Below, in pieces: positions 18,620 through 28,332 of a stretch of 40,853 nucleotides of DNA. The stretch lies in assembly GCA_031411295.1 (NCBI GenBank), contig JANOAV010000095.1, positions 1 to 40,853 on the forward strand. Reading direction: 5' to 3'. Under the pieces are notes generated by a model. That model saw only the letters and a list, made by a program, of their open reading frames with translations. It searched no databases and was not told the DNA's origin. The position numbers were made by a program, and so were the translations under genes. This DNA comes from Verrucomicrobiales bacterium (GTDB lineage Bacteria; Verrucomicrobiota; Verrucomicrobiia; Verrucomicrobiales; V1-33). Position 1 is the first letter of the stretch. The number at the start of each line of letters is the position of its first letter.

Positions 18620-19696
18620 ATGGCTGCGTGGTTGGGATTGGTGGTGGCTATGCTAGGCTCCAAGGCGGCATTGGCCCAGACCACAACCTACTCCCCGGTG
18701 GTGGGATTTGTGAAAGTCACGCTTAATGGCACCGCTAGCGGCAGTGGGGAAAATTTTGTGGCTCCAGGGCTTTTGGAACCGGAAGATTATCGTGGAGTGA
18801 TCGTGGCGGGCACTCCTGCCGCCAATACCCTGAAAGCGGCGGCCGCCGAGTGGACGACCAATCAATTCGACACCAACGCCACCAAAAACAGCCATTACGT
18901 GGAAATTGTCGCCAGTTCTAACTCAACTGCGGTGGGCTTGTTTACCGACATCGTGAGTCATACCGCAGATACCCTGACGACGGCTGACAACTTGGCCGGC
19001 CAACTTACGGGTGGAGAAACCATCGTCATTCGCGCGCACAAGACCGTGGCCAAGCTCTTCGGAACCGCCAATGAGTCTGGCTTAGCCCAAGGGAGTTCCA
19101 CAGCTGCCGATACCGTTTCCGTGCTGACGCCTGGAGCCAACGCTTCCTTCACGAGCTTTTACTATCGCTTCAACGACGGTGGAACCGACGGTTGGCGCAC
19201 CACCACTAATCCGATCACGGATCAAGGGAGCCGTCCCATCCGGATTGGGGAAGGCTTGTTGGTGAAACGCCGCCAAAGTTCGCCCTTGGAAATCATCATC
19301 GAAGGTTACGTGCATGAGGGGCCACTGCAATTGCCCTTGAAGACAGGATACAATTTGGTGGATCCCCTCGCCCCCGTCACTAACCAAACGACCAATGGAG
19401 GGCCGTCCTTCACGCTCGGCGGGACCGCTTCCACCACCGTGATTCCCAGCGGACTCAACGCTGTGATGCAAAATGGAGAAGTGACTACGGCGGATGTTAT
19501 GAGTCTTGGTTCCGGTGCGGGCTTCACGAGTTATTATCAACTGGCACCCGGGGCGCTTGGATCGGGGTGGCGCACGGTGACAAACCCGATTGTTAACCGT
19601 GATGCGGTGGTAGTTCCTGCCAATACCTCTCTGCTGTTCCAAATCCGAGGGGCGGGAGGTGCTTGGAATCGCCCCCAGCCTTTCAACATTCCTTGA
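18620..19696 (+). CDS. Secreted protein resembling the Verrucomicrobia TIGR02597 family
   Basis: Signal peptide then SPVVGFVKVTL, HYVEI, IRAHKTVAKLFG and a duplicated FTS.Y..GWRT.TNP motif; start uncertain. Confidence 0.6.
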   Translation: MAAWLGLVVAMLGSKAALAQTTTYSPVVGFVKVTLNGTASGSGENFVAPGLLEPEDYRGVIVAGTPAANTLKAAAAEWTTNQFDTNATKNSHYVEIVASSNSTAVGLFTDIVSHTADTLTTADNLAGQLTGGETIVIRAHKTVAKLFGTANESGLAQGSSTAADTVSVLTPGANASFTSFYYRFNDGGTDGWRTTTNPITDQGSRPIRIGEGLLVKRRQSSPLEIIIEGYVHEGPLQLPLKTGYNLVDPLAPVTNQTTNGGPSFTLGGTASTTVIPSGLNAVMQNGEVTTADVMSLGSGAGFTSYYQLAPGALGSGWRTVTNPIVNRDAVVVPANTSLLFQIRGAGGAWNRPQPFNIP

Positions 19697-19725
19697 TGCT
19701 CTTTCCCAATCGACCTAATTTCCAT

Positions 19726-20382
19726 ATGAAAAATTGCTTCCTGACCCTGTTTTCCCTCAGCCTCTTTGGTGCCTCGCCTCTTTTCGCAGGCCTGTCCACG
19801 GTGACCTACTCCGCTCAGTCCAAGGATGGAGCGTTGGGCAGCACGAGCGGGGTGGACTTGGCTGTTGGCAGTCTGATCCGATTCGGCTATTTCGATCCGG
19901 CGGTTGATGTTGCCGCGAATTTCGCCAACATCAGCCTGCTAAACAGTAACTTTACCGAATTGGCGCATACTTATGTGGGCTTCTTTCTGGATGAGGGGGT
20001 GGATGTCAATTTAGGCATGCCGGGTATGTTCGGTTCTTCGGTGAATATTGAGACTACCACGGTCGGAGCCTACGGGGGCTCGTTAGGCTCAACCCGGATG
20101 TATATCTGGGCCTATGATGCCAGCAATGTTGGAGCTGCGTCCGCTCATGCTATCTTTTCTGATCAAAATTGGACGATTGGTGGAGCATCGGCCCCTGTAT
20201 TCGATGTGGTCTCCGCCCGGCCCTCTCAGCTTGGTGACGTTTACTTGGCCCAACTGGGACCTGGCACCTCGTCCAACGTCGGCGGTTCATTGAATCAACT
20301 GATTCCCGTGCCAGAGCCCAGCGCGCTCCTGCTCAGCGCCCTGACGCTGGGTTCACTCGCCCTCACCCGCCGCCGTCTATGA
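19726..20382 (+). CDS. PEP-CTERM sorting domain protein
   Basis: Signal peptide and C-terminal VPEPSALLLSALTLGSLALTRRRL. Confidence 0.92.
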   Translation: MKNCFLTLFSLSLFGASPLFAGLSTVTYSAQSKDGALGSTSGVDLAVGSLIRFGYFDPAVDVAANFANISLLNSNFTELAHTYVGFFLDEGVDVNLGMPGMFGSSVNIETTTVGAYGGSLGSTRMYIWAYDASNVGAASAHAIFSDQNWTIGGASAPVFDVVSARPSQLGDVYLAQLGPGTSSNVGGSLNQLIPVPEPSALLLSALTLGSLALTRRRL

Positions 20383-21380
20383 ATACAGCCCCGCTCATCG
20401 CGCTATGCACGAGTCTTGTGACTGGAGCCGCCATTGGCGGCACCCTTAGCACCCTAACATGGAGTGCGCAGGATGCCGGGGGCTGCCTGGGCCTGACGAA
20501 CGGTTCCCCGTTGGCCGTGGGTTCCACGGTGCGGCTCGGGTATTTCGATTTGGAACCAGGTCAACTGGAGCCGCTTTTCTCGGAGCCCGCTACCCTGAAC
20601 GCTCATTTCACAGTGCTTGCCACTGCTCGCATCGGCAGCTTCGAAGCGGAAACGTTTGTCAACGCACCCGAGTTGGACACGGCCGGAGTGGTCGAACTGA
20701 CCGCCCCGGGGTGCTTCGCCTCCAGCATCGTCTTCACGGCGGCAGCCAACCCCACCGCCGTGGACGGAAAGAGGTGCTATGTTTGGGCCATGAATGGAGC
20801 CACGGTGGCTGCCTCCAGCCACCACGGTATCTTCTCCCACCACGCCTGGGTGCTCAATAGCAACCGTTTCGGAGCCACCCAGTGGGATCTCAGCCAAGTC
20901 TCCGCCGCCGATCCGCAAGACCTGATTTTGGGGCATCGGGGGCCGCAAGTTTCCTCACTGCTGGGCGGAACGATGTTGCGCCTAACGAACACGGCCCAGC
21001 TCAAAATCGACCTTGCTGATACCGATGCCGACGGCACTCCTGGGTTGCTGGAAGAGGCGTTCGCCATGAATCCGCACCAACCAGATTCATCAAAGTTGCC
21101 GAAAATCGCGACGACTGACGGGCTCCCCTCACTAGCCTTCACCCGCAAGGCGGGCGGGGTTACCGCAACCGATGGATCCTATACCGCCGAAGGTCTGCGC
21201 TATGTGATCGAAATGTCTGCCGACCTGAAGACTTGGGCTCCCTGTGCCTCGACCGAGCCTGCGTTATCCGTGCAGCCGGGGACGGAACCAGGAACGGAAG
21301 TGGTGTCCGTGGCCCTCACGCCGGATAACCTCCTCGCAGGATGCCAATTCGCCCGGGTCCGCGTGGAGCGAGTGCAGTAA
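20379..21380 (+). CDS. Secreted paralog of the upstream PEP-CTERM protein with a different C-terminal domain
   Basis: N-domain aligns with 19726-20382 (LAVGS..R.GYFD, YxWA....V.A.S.H.IFS); C-terminus DTDADG..AF, YVIEMSADLKTW..FARVRV; ATGA overlap. Confidence 0.8.
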   Translation: MNTAPLIALCTSLVTGAAIGGTLSTLTWSAQDAGGCLGLTNGSPLAVGSTVRLGYFDLEPGQLEPLFSEPATLNAHFTVLATARIGSFEAETFVNAPELDTAGVVELTAPGCFASSIVFTAAANPTAVDGKRCYVWAMNGATVAASSHHGIFSHHAWVLNSNRFGATQWDLSQVSAADPQDLILGHRGPQVSSLLGGTMLRLTNTAQLKIDLADTDADGTPGLLEEAFAMNPHQPDSSKLPKIATTDGLPSLAFTRKAGGVTATDGSYTAEGLRYVIEMSADLKTWAPCASTEPALSVQPGTEPGTEVVSVALTPDNLLAGCQFARVRVERVQ

Positions 21381-21424
21381 AATTTCCTGCTTGGCGCAGG
21401 AGGATTGTCCTGCTATGCTGCCGC

Positions 21425-22903
21425 ATGCGTCTTTTCCGCCTGCTACCTGCTATTTGTTGTCTTCCCATCTTGATCTGGGCGGAAGCGACGGACGATGATC
21501 AGCAGGCCACCCCAGTTCCTTCCGTGCGGTTGGGCTTACCGGAACTGCCACGCACGACCTCACAAGACGGCAGATTTTCCATCTGCGGAGGCACCTCTAC
21601 CCAGCGCAGCCAAGTGATTCATGCGGCTGAGGATGCCCAGCGGAATTTGTTGCTCGCACTCTCCATGAAAAATCGCAAGGGAGTGGTCAAACCTGAAAAG
21701 GGACAATTACCCATCGTGATTCAACTGACCGATCGCTTCGCGACGGATGCGGATGCCGTGCGGGGCCGGATCGCCATTATGCCGGACGAGTCCCTCACCA
21801 TCCAAATCAATTTAGCCATTGCCGGTGGCTGGGATCAAGCCCGCTTTCGTGATGAAATGGTGCGTTGGGTCTTGATCGATCTCATGCTCCGGCGCGTGCG
21901 CTCTGAGCAATTGACCACCCAGACACGACTCGAACTGCCCGATTGGTTGCATCAAGGCTCGTTGGAACTCATGCGGTTTTACGACCTGGGACGACCGACT
22001 GAACTTTTCGCCAGTGTGTTCCGGCTTGGGAAAACCTTGACGATTGATGAAATTCTCAATGCCGACATCACCGGCTTGGATGCGGTCTCCATGAGCATTT
22101 ATCGCGTCTCCTCCTGCGCCTTCATTGTGATGTTGCTAGAGCAACCGGACGGGGTGGAGCATTTGCTTTCCTGCATAGCCGCCCTGCCCGCCAATCAAGG
22201 CACGATGGCTGCGCATTTGGAGCAATTCTTCCCCGTGCTGCGGGGCGGGCCGAAGCAATTCGAGAAGTGGTGGAGCTTGGCCCTGGCCAACTATTCTCAA
22301 CCGACGAACACCGAACTCCTCACCATGCAGCAATCGGAAACGGAATTGGCGCAACTGCTGCAGATCACCTACCGCGCCATTCCGCCCTCCGCCAAGCCTG
22401 TGGCGGTCTCCCCTGGCAAGAAACTCCTGGGATTGTTCAAGAAATCAGTCCCCGCGACCCCGGCTGCGGTTGAAACCTCAGCGCCCGCTCCGATTTTCGA
22501 AACGAAACCGATCACGGAATTTGCCAGCCTGCTCAAATTGCCCAATCGCGATCAACTCTTCCAAGCTCAGATCATGGACCTAACTCGACTTTCCCTCCGG
22601 GTGCATCCCTTCTACCGCCGGGTCATCACCGAGTATCAAGAGCAGATGGCCAAGCTAGCCGCCGGTAAAGATCGAGGGGTCGCTGAGGCCTTGGCTGGGT
22701 TGGCGAAGAAACGAGCCACTATGCAGCGGGACGCCCAAGCCACCGAGGATTATCTCGACTGGTTCGAAGCCACCCAGCGCACGCACCTCAGCGGGAAATT
22801 TAACGACTATCTCGACTCCGCCCGCCGCCTGGAACTGCCCCCGCCCCGCCGCACCGATCCCGTTACCCGCTATCTGGACGCCATGGAGCAGGAATACAAA
22901 TAA
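21425..22903 (+). CDS. Hypothetical exported protein
   Basis: Long ORF with signal peptide; helical C-terminus; no recognisable catalytic motif. Confidence 0.7.
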   Translation: MRLFRLLPAICCLPILIWAEATDDDQQATPVPSVRLGLPELPRTTSQDGRFSICGGTSTQRSQVIHAAEDAQRNLLLALSMKNRKGVVKPEKGQLPIVIQLTDRFATDADAVRGRIAIMPDESLTIQINLAIAGGWDQARFRDEMVRWVLIDLMLRRVRSEQLTTQTRLELPDWLHQGSLELMRFYDLGRPTELFASVFRLGKTLTIDEILNADITGLDAVSMSIYRVSSCAFIVMLLEQPDGVEHLLSCIAALPANQGTMAAHLEQFFPVLRGGPKQFEKWWSLALANYSQPTNTELLTMQQSETELAQLLQITYRAIPPSAKPVAVSPGKKLLGLFKKSVPATPAAVETSAPAPIFETKPITEFASLLKLPNRDQLFQAQIMDLTRLSLRVHPFYRRVITEYQEQMAKLAAGKDRGVAEALAGLAKKRATMQRDAQATEDYLDWFEATQRTHLSGKFNDYLDSARRLELPPPRRTDPVTRYLDAMEQEYK

Positions 22904-22905
22904 CG

Positions 22906-24657
22906 TCATCGCAAGCCAGCCCGTTTCCTGCCCAGCACCTCAATGATTTCCTTGGTCTTGAGACAGTTCACGACATCCTTGCGCTCCAGCCAGCCTTTGC
23001 GGGCGATGCGCATTCCGTAGAAGAGGTCGTGGAGGCCGTCGGTGCTGTGCGCATCGGGGTTGATGGAACAGAGCACGCCCTTGTCGCGCGCATGGTGCCA
23101 CCAGCGCCAATCCATGTCCAGACGCCATGGGTTTGCGTTGAGTTCAATCATGGTGCCATTGGCGGCACAGGCATCAATCACCATGGCAACATTGACCGCG
23201 TAGGGTTCCCGCTTCAGCAGCAGGCGTCCCGTGACGTGCCCCAGCATGGTGACATACGGATTCTCCACGGCCTTCAGAATTCGCTTCGTCATGTCCTTCT
23301 CGCTCAGTTGGAAGGCATTGTGAACCGAAGCGACCACGTAATCCAGCTCCGCCAGTAAATCATCTGCATAGTCCAAGGTGCCGTCCTTCAGGATGTCCAC
23401 CTCACTGCCGGCAAAGAGTCGGAAATCGTCCCACGTGGTGTTGAGTTGGCGGATCTCCGCGAGTTGTTCGCGCAAGCGAGTCTCGTCCAGGCCATTCGCT
23501 TGAAAGGAGGCTTTGCTGTGATCTGCAATCCCCAGATACTCCATCCCCATTTCCCGGGCGGCCTCTGCCATTTCCAACAGGGTGTTGCGGCCATCGCTGG
23601 CGGTGGTGTGGTTGTGGAACGTGCCGCGCAGGAAATCCATCTCCACCAGCTTTGGCAGCGTGCCCGCTTCCGCCGCCTGAATCTCCCCAGTGTTCTCACG
23701 CAACTCAGGCTCAATGTAATCCAAGTCCAGCGCGCGATAGATGTCCTGCTCATCCTGAATCTGCTCCGGCGGGGGATCCGAAGCCTCCCCGGTGGCGGCA
23801 AAACGATATTCATTCAGCGTCCAACCATATTTCAGGGCACGTGAACGCAGGGCCACGTTGTGTTCCTTGCTGCCAGTGAAGTAGGCCAGCGCAAAGGGGA
23901 ACTGCGTGTTGGTCACGGCGCGTAAATCACACTGCACGCCACTGGCCAGGCGAATACTGCTTTTGGTGACCCCATTGGCAATGATCTCCGTGGTCCACGG
24001 CTGGCTGGTGAAGAAATGCATCACCGCTTCGGGTTCGGGCGTGGCGACCAGAAAATCCAGGTCACCCAGGGTCTCCTTCCCTCTCCGATAGCTTCCGGCC
24101 ACTTGCACTCGGGATACCGCTGGATGCTCCCGCAGCGCAGACAGAATGTCCTCCACGTCATGCGACACCTGCTCCACGCGGAAGACTCCAGCATGGCTGG
24201 CGTGGTAGGCCAGCGCCTGCTCCAGCTTCTGCACCGATTTCTCCCCAAACCCTGCCAGTTGGTTCAATTTTCCAGCGGTGATGGCTGCTTGCAACTGCTC
24301 GATGGAGCCCACGCCCACCTCTTTGTAGAGGAGTGCCACTTTCTTCGGACCCAATCCTTGGAGATCGAAGAGTTCGAAAATTGTCGGTGGAAATTCCGCG
24401 CGAAGCTTTTCGTAGAACTCAAGTTTCCCGGTCGTTGCCAGTTCATGCAATTTGTCGCGCAGCGCCTCGCCAATCCCTTTGATGCCGGCCAACTCGTTGC
24501 TGGTGGCTCGGGCGACAATGTCCCCGGGAAACGACGTAACGGTCTCCGCGCCAGTGCGGTAAGCACGCACCTTGAACGGGTTTTCACCCTTGATCTCCAA
24601 GAGGAGGGCGATCTCCTCAAATACTTCCGCCATGCGTTCTCTGGTCATTAACGCCAT
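22906..24657 (-). CDS. polX: DNA polymerase/3'-5' exonuclease PolX with PHP domain
   Basis: GENPFKVRAY, GLGPKK, AGSYRRGKET.GDLD, YFTGSKEHN, PELRE, HNHTTASDG and NPDAH motifs. Confidence 0.97.
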   Translation of the reverse strand: MALMTRERMAEVFEEIALLLEIKGENPFKVRAYRTGAETVTSFPGDIVARATSNELAGIKGIGEALRDKLHELATTGKLEFYEKLRAEFPPTIFELFDLQGLGPKKVALLYKEVGVGSIEQLQAAITAGKLNQLAGFGEKSVQKLEQALAYHASHAGVFRVEQVSHDVEDILSALREHPAVSRVQVAGSYRRGKETLGDLDFLVATPEPEAVMHFFTSQPWTTEIIANGVTKSSIRLASGVQCDLRAVTNTQFPFALAYFTGSKEHNVALRSRALKYGWTLNEYRFAATGEASDPPPEQIQDEQDIYRALDLDYIEPELRENTGEIQAAEAGTLPKLVEMDFLRGTFHNHTTASDGRNTLLEMAEAAREMGMEYLGIADHSKASFQANGLDETRLREQLAEIRQLNTTWDDFRLFAGSEVDILKDGTLDYADDLLAELDYVVASVHNAFQLSEKDMTKRILKAVENPYVTMLGHVTGRLLLKREPYAVNVAMVIDACAANGTMIELNANPWRLDMDWRWWHHARDKGVLCSINPDAHSTDGLHDLFYGMRIARKGWLERKDVVNCLKTKEIIEVLGRKRAGLR

Positions 24658-24698
24658 TGGTTACTCACGAATCTGCGCTTGTCACCAGAAAGTAGTGG

Positions 24699-26000
24699 TC
24701 ACGAGCCCGCATGCGGCAGCGAAATATTTTCCTGGGCGCCACACTTGAGGATCTGTCGGGCAATGAAGTCCCGCTCAGCCGGTAACGTAGCCAAACTGCC
24801 GGCCCTGCGGAAATGAGTGAGCGCTGCGGAGAAATTTCGCAGTTGGGCAGCAAGGGCTCCGCGGACGGCGTGGAAGAGGTGGTAGGACTCGAGGGATGAG
24901 CGGTCCTTGATTGCTTCCAGGGCATCCAGCCCCGCCTGTGGGCCGTGAACTCTGGCAACCGCTACGGCGCGGTTCATGGCTGCCACGGGCGAGTTGCGGA
25001 GCGCCAGGAGTCGATCATACAGAAACAGAATTCTGGTCCAGTCGGTGTCGGCATCATTTGCGGCGGTGCTATGGCAGGCGGCAATGCCCGCTTCGAGGTG
25101 GTATTCGCTGAGGACATCGCCAACCGTGGCGCGGCCCAGATGTTGGATGCCTTGTTGAATCAGCGTTTGATCCCAGGCAGAACGATCTTGTTCGTGGAGG
25201 CGGAGGAGATTTCCTGCATCGTCGGAGCGGGCTGGGAGGCGCGCGGCACAAAGCATCATGAGGGCCAGCAAGGCGTGGGTGCGGGGTGCCCTGGTGGCGG
25301 AATGTTCCGTTAGCAGAGTGGTGAGTCGGATGGCTTCCTGACACAGATCCTGCCGCACGAGTTGATCGCCCGAGGAGGCTTTGTAGCCTTCGTTGAAGAG
25401 CAAATAGAGTGTGCCGAGAACGCCATCGAGCCGCACTGGAAGCTCCTGCGGTTCTGGCACGATGAATGGGAGGGCCAGTTCGCGGATGCGTTGGCGGGCG
25501 CGCACGAGTCGTTTGCTGATGGCGGCCTCAGAGGTGAGAAAAGCAGCCGCAATCTCCGCGGGGCTAAGTCCACAAAGGGTGCGGAGTGCGAGTGCCGTTT
25601 GGGCCTCCGGGGAGAGTTGAGGATGGGTGCAAACAAAGAGCATCCTCAGGGTGGCATCGGCAAAGGTCTCGTGCGGTTCTTCTGCGATGGTCTGGGAGAG
25701 CCAGCGTTCGTGTTCCGTGGCAATGCTGTCCTGTTTGTCATGCCAGTTTCTGTCGCGTCTTAAAACGTCCAAAGCAAGGTGCTTGGCGGTCTGGGTCAGC
25801 CATGCCGCAGGATTATCCGGCACCCCGCGGTAAGGCCAAGTCTGCAAGGCGCGGACCAAGGCTTCCTGCACGACGTCCTCCGCGAGTTGTAAATGCTGCA
25901 ATCCCAAATGGCTGGTGAGAGTCGCCACTAGACGCGCTCCTTCATGCCGAAAGAGATTCTCCGCAAGAATATTGATCTGCTTGGCTCCCTTATCGGACAT
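24699..26000 (-). CDS. ECF42-type RNA polymerase sigma factor with C-terminal TPR extension
   Basis: AEDVVQEA, WP..GVPDNPAAWL, LRMLFVCTHP, EIAAAFL, LYLLFNEGY, EQDRSAW, YHLEAGIAACH and NRAVAVA; YciI/DGPF gene nearby. Confidence 0.92.
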   Translation of the reverse strand: MSDKGAKQINILAENLFRHEGARLVATLTSHLGLQHLQLAEDVVQEALVRALQTWPYRGVPDNPAAWLTQTAKHLALDVLRRDRNWHDKQDSIATEHERWLSQTIAEEPHETFADATLRMLFVCTHPQLSPEAQTALALRTLCGLSPAEIAAAFLTSEAAISKRLVRARQRIRELALPFIVPEPQELPVRLDGVLGTLYLLFNEGYKASSGDQLVRQDLCQEAIRLTTLLTEHSATRAPRTHALLALMMLCAARLPARSDDAGNLLRLHEQDRSAWDQTLIQQGIQHLGRATVGDVLSEYHLEAGIAACHSTAANDADTDWTRILFLYDRLLALRNSPVAAMNRAVAVARVHGPQAGLDALEAIKDRSSLESYHLFHAVRGALAAQLRNFSAALTHFRRAGSLATLPAERDFIARQILKCGAQENISLPHAGS

Positions 26001-26493
26001 CGCCTCTTTCTGGTAAACGGGCGCGGATACCGAGGGCTTTGCATCGCGCTAACAGGCCGTCCGCAACAACCGTGCAAAGCGGCTCCGGTAGTTTGGCTAA
26101 CTGGATATCGAGTTCGCTCTCCGCGGGTTGCCCCATGGCTTCCAAGGCCTTCATGGCATACAACAAGCCTCCCATGCAATGATCCGCAAAATGCGCAGTC
26201 GCCACCGCGTGACCTGCCGCTCTCGCAGCCGCGATGGCAGCCTTATCTGTGGCCAGACGAGCCGCCGCATGAGCCGCAACAGAGGCCTTCATGGCGGCAC
26301 CTGTCTTCACTTCGCCCTTGATCCACTGGCGGGCGATTTCAATTGCCTGAAGCGGTCGCAGGTCGTCGCTCCGCTGTTGAAAAAACGGCAGCACACGCTC
26401 CGCACAATCGGCTGCCCAGGTAGCGAGCAGTCGATGGCTCGCCAGATCCAGTGGCCCGCCTCGATGTGCGGCAATGAAGCGCGGGTCTCTCAT
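25990..26493 (-). CDS. Imm5-like putative immunity-domain protein
   Basis: WAADCAERVL.FF....DLRP..AI..AR.W and AHAAAR..AAARAAGHAVATAH pattern. Confidence 0.75.
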   Translation of the reverse strand: MRDPRFIAAHRGGPLDLASHRLLATWAADCAERVLPFFQQRSDDLRPLQAIEIARQWIKGEVKTGAAMKASVAAHAAARLATDKAAIAAARAAGHAVATAHFADHCMGGLLYAMKALEAMGQPAESELDIQLAKLPEPLCTVVADGLLARCKALGIRARLPERGDVR

Positions 26494-26548
26494 TTCAATG
26501 GATTGTGGCGATCTAGGGGGGGGCGATATCGAGTTTAGTCACCTTTAA

Positions 26549-26767
26549 TCAAACCACCTCAGGGACGGTGACCATCCAGTGGAAGGCGGCGTGCATAACT
26601 TTATCGCCCCAACCATCAGGTATCATACCAGGCGGCGGGGGTTCAGGCGAATCTTGGTAACGCAGGATCATGATGGTTTCAGCGCCGAGATGCTTGGTGT
26701 AGTAGTCAAGAGCGGCAGTGCATTGGCCGCCGAAAAAGAGATAGGGCTGGATATAGGGAGGGCTCAT
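26549..26767 (-). pseudogene. PhnB/YjdN-type VOC gene with an internal in-frame deletion
   Basis: N-terminal IQPYLFF.G.C..ALDYY...KVMHA is joined directly to C-terminal HWMV; only 72 aa. Confidence 0.7.
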
Positions 26768-26783
26768 GGTGGTGGTGATGGAT

Positions 26784-27227
26784 TCACTGATTGATCTCCG
26801 GCTCTGCGAGTTGAGCCAACTGAATGAGGCTCTCCTGCCAACCCAAGTAGCACATCTCGGCTGGAATCACGTCGGGGATGCCTTCTTGCGTTACCCGCAG
26901 CTCGGTGCCGCAGAGGACTTCCTTCAGCGTGATGGTGACGTTGATCATTCCAGTTAGGTTTGGATCATCAAACACATCTGTGTAGCGGAGGAGTTCGTTC
27001 GGCACGATCTCCAGATACTCTCCGCCGAAGCCGTGGCTGCTATCGTTGGTGTGATTGGTGAAGCTCATGCGGAACTTGCCGCCGACTCGGAAGTCGAATT
27101 CATGCACTGTGCAGGTGAAGCCGAACGGTGGCAGCCATTTGGCGAGAGCGGGAGCATTAGCAAATGCCTTAAACAGACGAGCTGGAGGACAGCGGAGGAC
27201 GCGGTGGAGTTGGATGGTGTTTGGCAT
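26784..27227 (-). CDS. SRPBCC (AHSA1-like) family protein
   Basis: LHRVLR, KWLPP.GF, VGG.FRMSFTN, FGGEYLE, FDDPNL.G and CYLGWQESL motifs. Confidence 0.92.
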   Translation of the reverse strand: MPNTIQLHRVLRCPPARLFKAFANAPALAKWLPPFGFTCTVHEFDFRVGGKFRMSFTNHTNDSSHGFGGEYLEIVPNELLRYTDVFDDPNLTGMINVTITLKEVLCGTELRVTQEGIPDVIPAEMCYLGWQESLIQLAQLAEPEINQ

Positions 27228-27312
27228 CGTGTTGATTAAGTGCTAGTTCGTAAAATTTGGATGTGCAGTTTCACCTCAGCCGTTGGACGACAGATTGATA
27301 ATGCAGCAATGA

Positions 27313-27338
27313 TGTCGAGACAAGAGTTGGCTTTCGTC
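27313..27338 (+). promoter_or_regulatory. ECF42-type promoter motif oriented antisense to the yciI-like gene
   Basis: TGTCGA-N16-CGTC, ending at the stop codon of the minus-strand YciI gene. Confidence 0.45.
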
Positions 27339-27730
27339 TAGCTGGCTGCCTTCACCTCAGCCATCGGGCGACACAGATCAGCGATTGGTCGCACTTCGAT
27401 CTGGGCTCCATGAGCCAGGATGGGACAGGCTTTGGCAATCTCGAGTGCGGCGTCCATGGTGTCCACCGCCAGTAAGAAGTAGCCTGCAATGGATTCCTTG
27501 GACTCAGCGAAGACTCCATCAGTCACGGAACTGCCTTTGGCTCCAGATACCAGTTTTCCTTCTTCCATCAATGGTTGCGCTCCACGCAAGATTCCGTCCT
27601 CGTTTAGTCTTTCGACCCAAGCATAGAAGTCGGTCATGGTGCGCTGAAGTTCAGCGGGCGACATGCCGCTGTTCCAGTGGGTGCCTCGGATGAAGAGAAG
27701 GTGTTCGTTAGTGGGTTGTTGCGGGTTCAT
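27338..27730 (-). CDS. YciI/DGPF-family protein
   Basis: VTDGVFAESKE.IAGYF, A.EIAK.CP and IEVRPI; start at ATG 27730. Confidence 0.92.
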   Translation of the reverse strand: MNPQQPTNEHLLFIRGTHWNSGMSPAELQRTMTDFYAWVERLNEDGILRGAQPLMEEGKLVSGAKGSSVTDGVFAESKESIAGYFLLAVDTMDAALEIAKACPILAHGAQIEVRPIADLCRPMAEVKAAS

Positions 27731-27783
27731 GGTTTGGAGGATGAGGTTGGGCAATCGTGGGTGGTGTGCTTGGTGCTCACGGG

Positions 27784-28263
27784 CTAATCCTCTGATGCCG
27801 GGCATTCTGCGCCAGAAGCGAGCATGGCGGCCCAACGGGTTTGCATGGCTTCGGGCGAGACTTTTTCAATCTCCTGCTGGATCATCCATTGATGACCGAA
27901 AGGATCCCGGACGGAAGCGCAACGGAAGCCGTAGAACATGTCGGTAGGCGGCATTTGCACGGTGGCACCAGCAGCCCTGGAGCGTTCAACGGCAGTATCG
28001 GTGTTCCCGACCATGAGGCAAAGTTTCACCGGAGTTCCATTGAGCGTCTCGGGAGACTTGTTGCCCCAAGCATGGTTCTCATCGGCTAGCATGATGTGGC
28101 TGCCATTGAGCATGATTTCAGCGTGGCCGATGATGCCGGTGGCGGGATCACTCAGCCGAAAAAGCTCGATGGCTCCGAAGGCGGCGGTGTAGAACGCAAT
28201 GGCCCTGCTCGCACCTTTGACGGTGAGGTAGGGGCTCATGGGCGGATAGGTGAGTGTGCTCAT
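27784..28263 (-). CDS. VOC family protein (PhnB-like)
   Basis: PYLTVKGA..AI.FY..AFGA, HAEI, MLADE, DMFYG.R...VRDPFGH.W. Confidence 0.92.
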   Translation of the reverse strand: MSTLTYPPMSPYLTVKGASRAIAFYTAAFGAIELFRLSDPATGIIGHAEIMLNGSHIMLADENHAWGNKSPETLNGTPVKLCLMVGNTDTAVERSRAAGATVQMPPTDMFYGFRCASVRDPFGHQWMIQQEIEKVSPEAMQTRWAAMLASGAECPASED

Positions 28264-28332
28264 GGTGTGGGCGATTTGTTGGGTATATTGCTTGAGATAC
28301 GAGGGCTCTTGGTTGATGGGCCGCAGTGCTTG

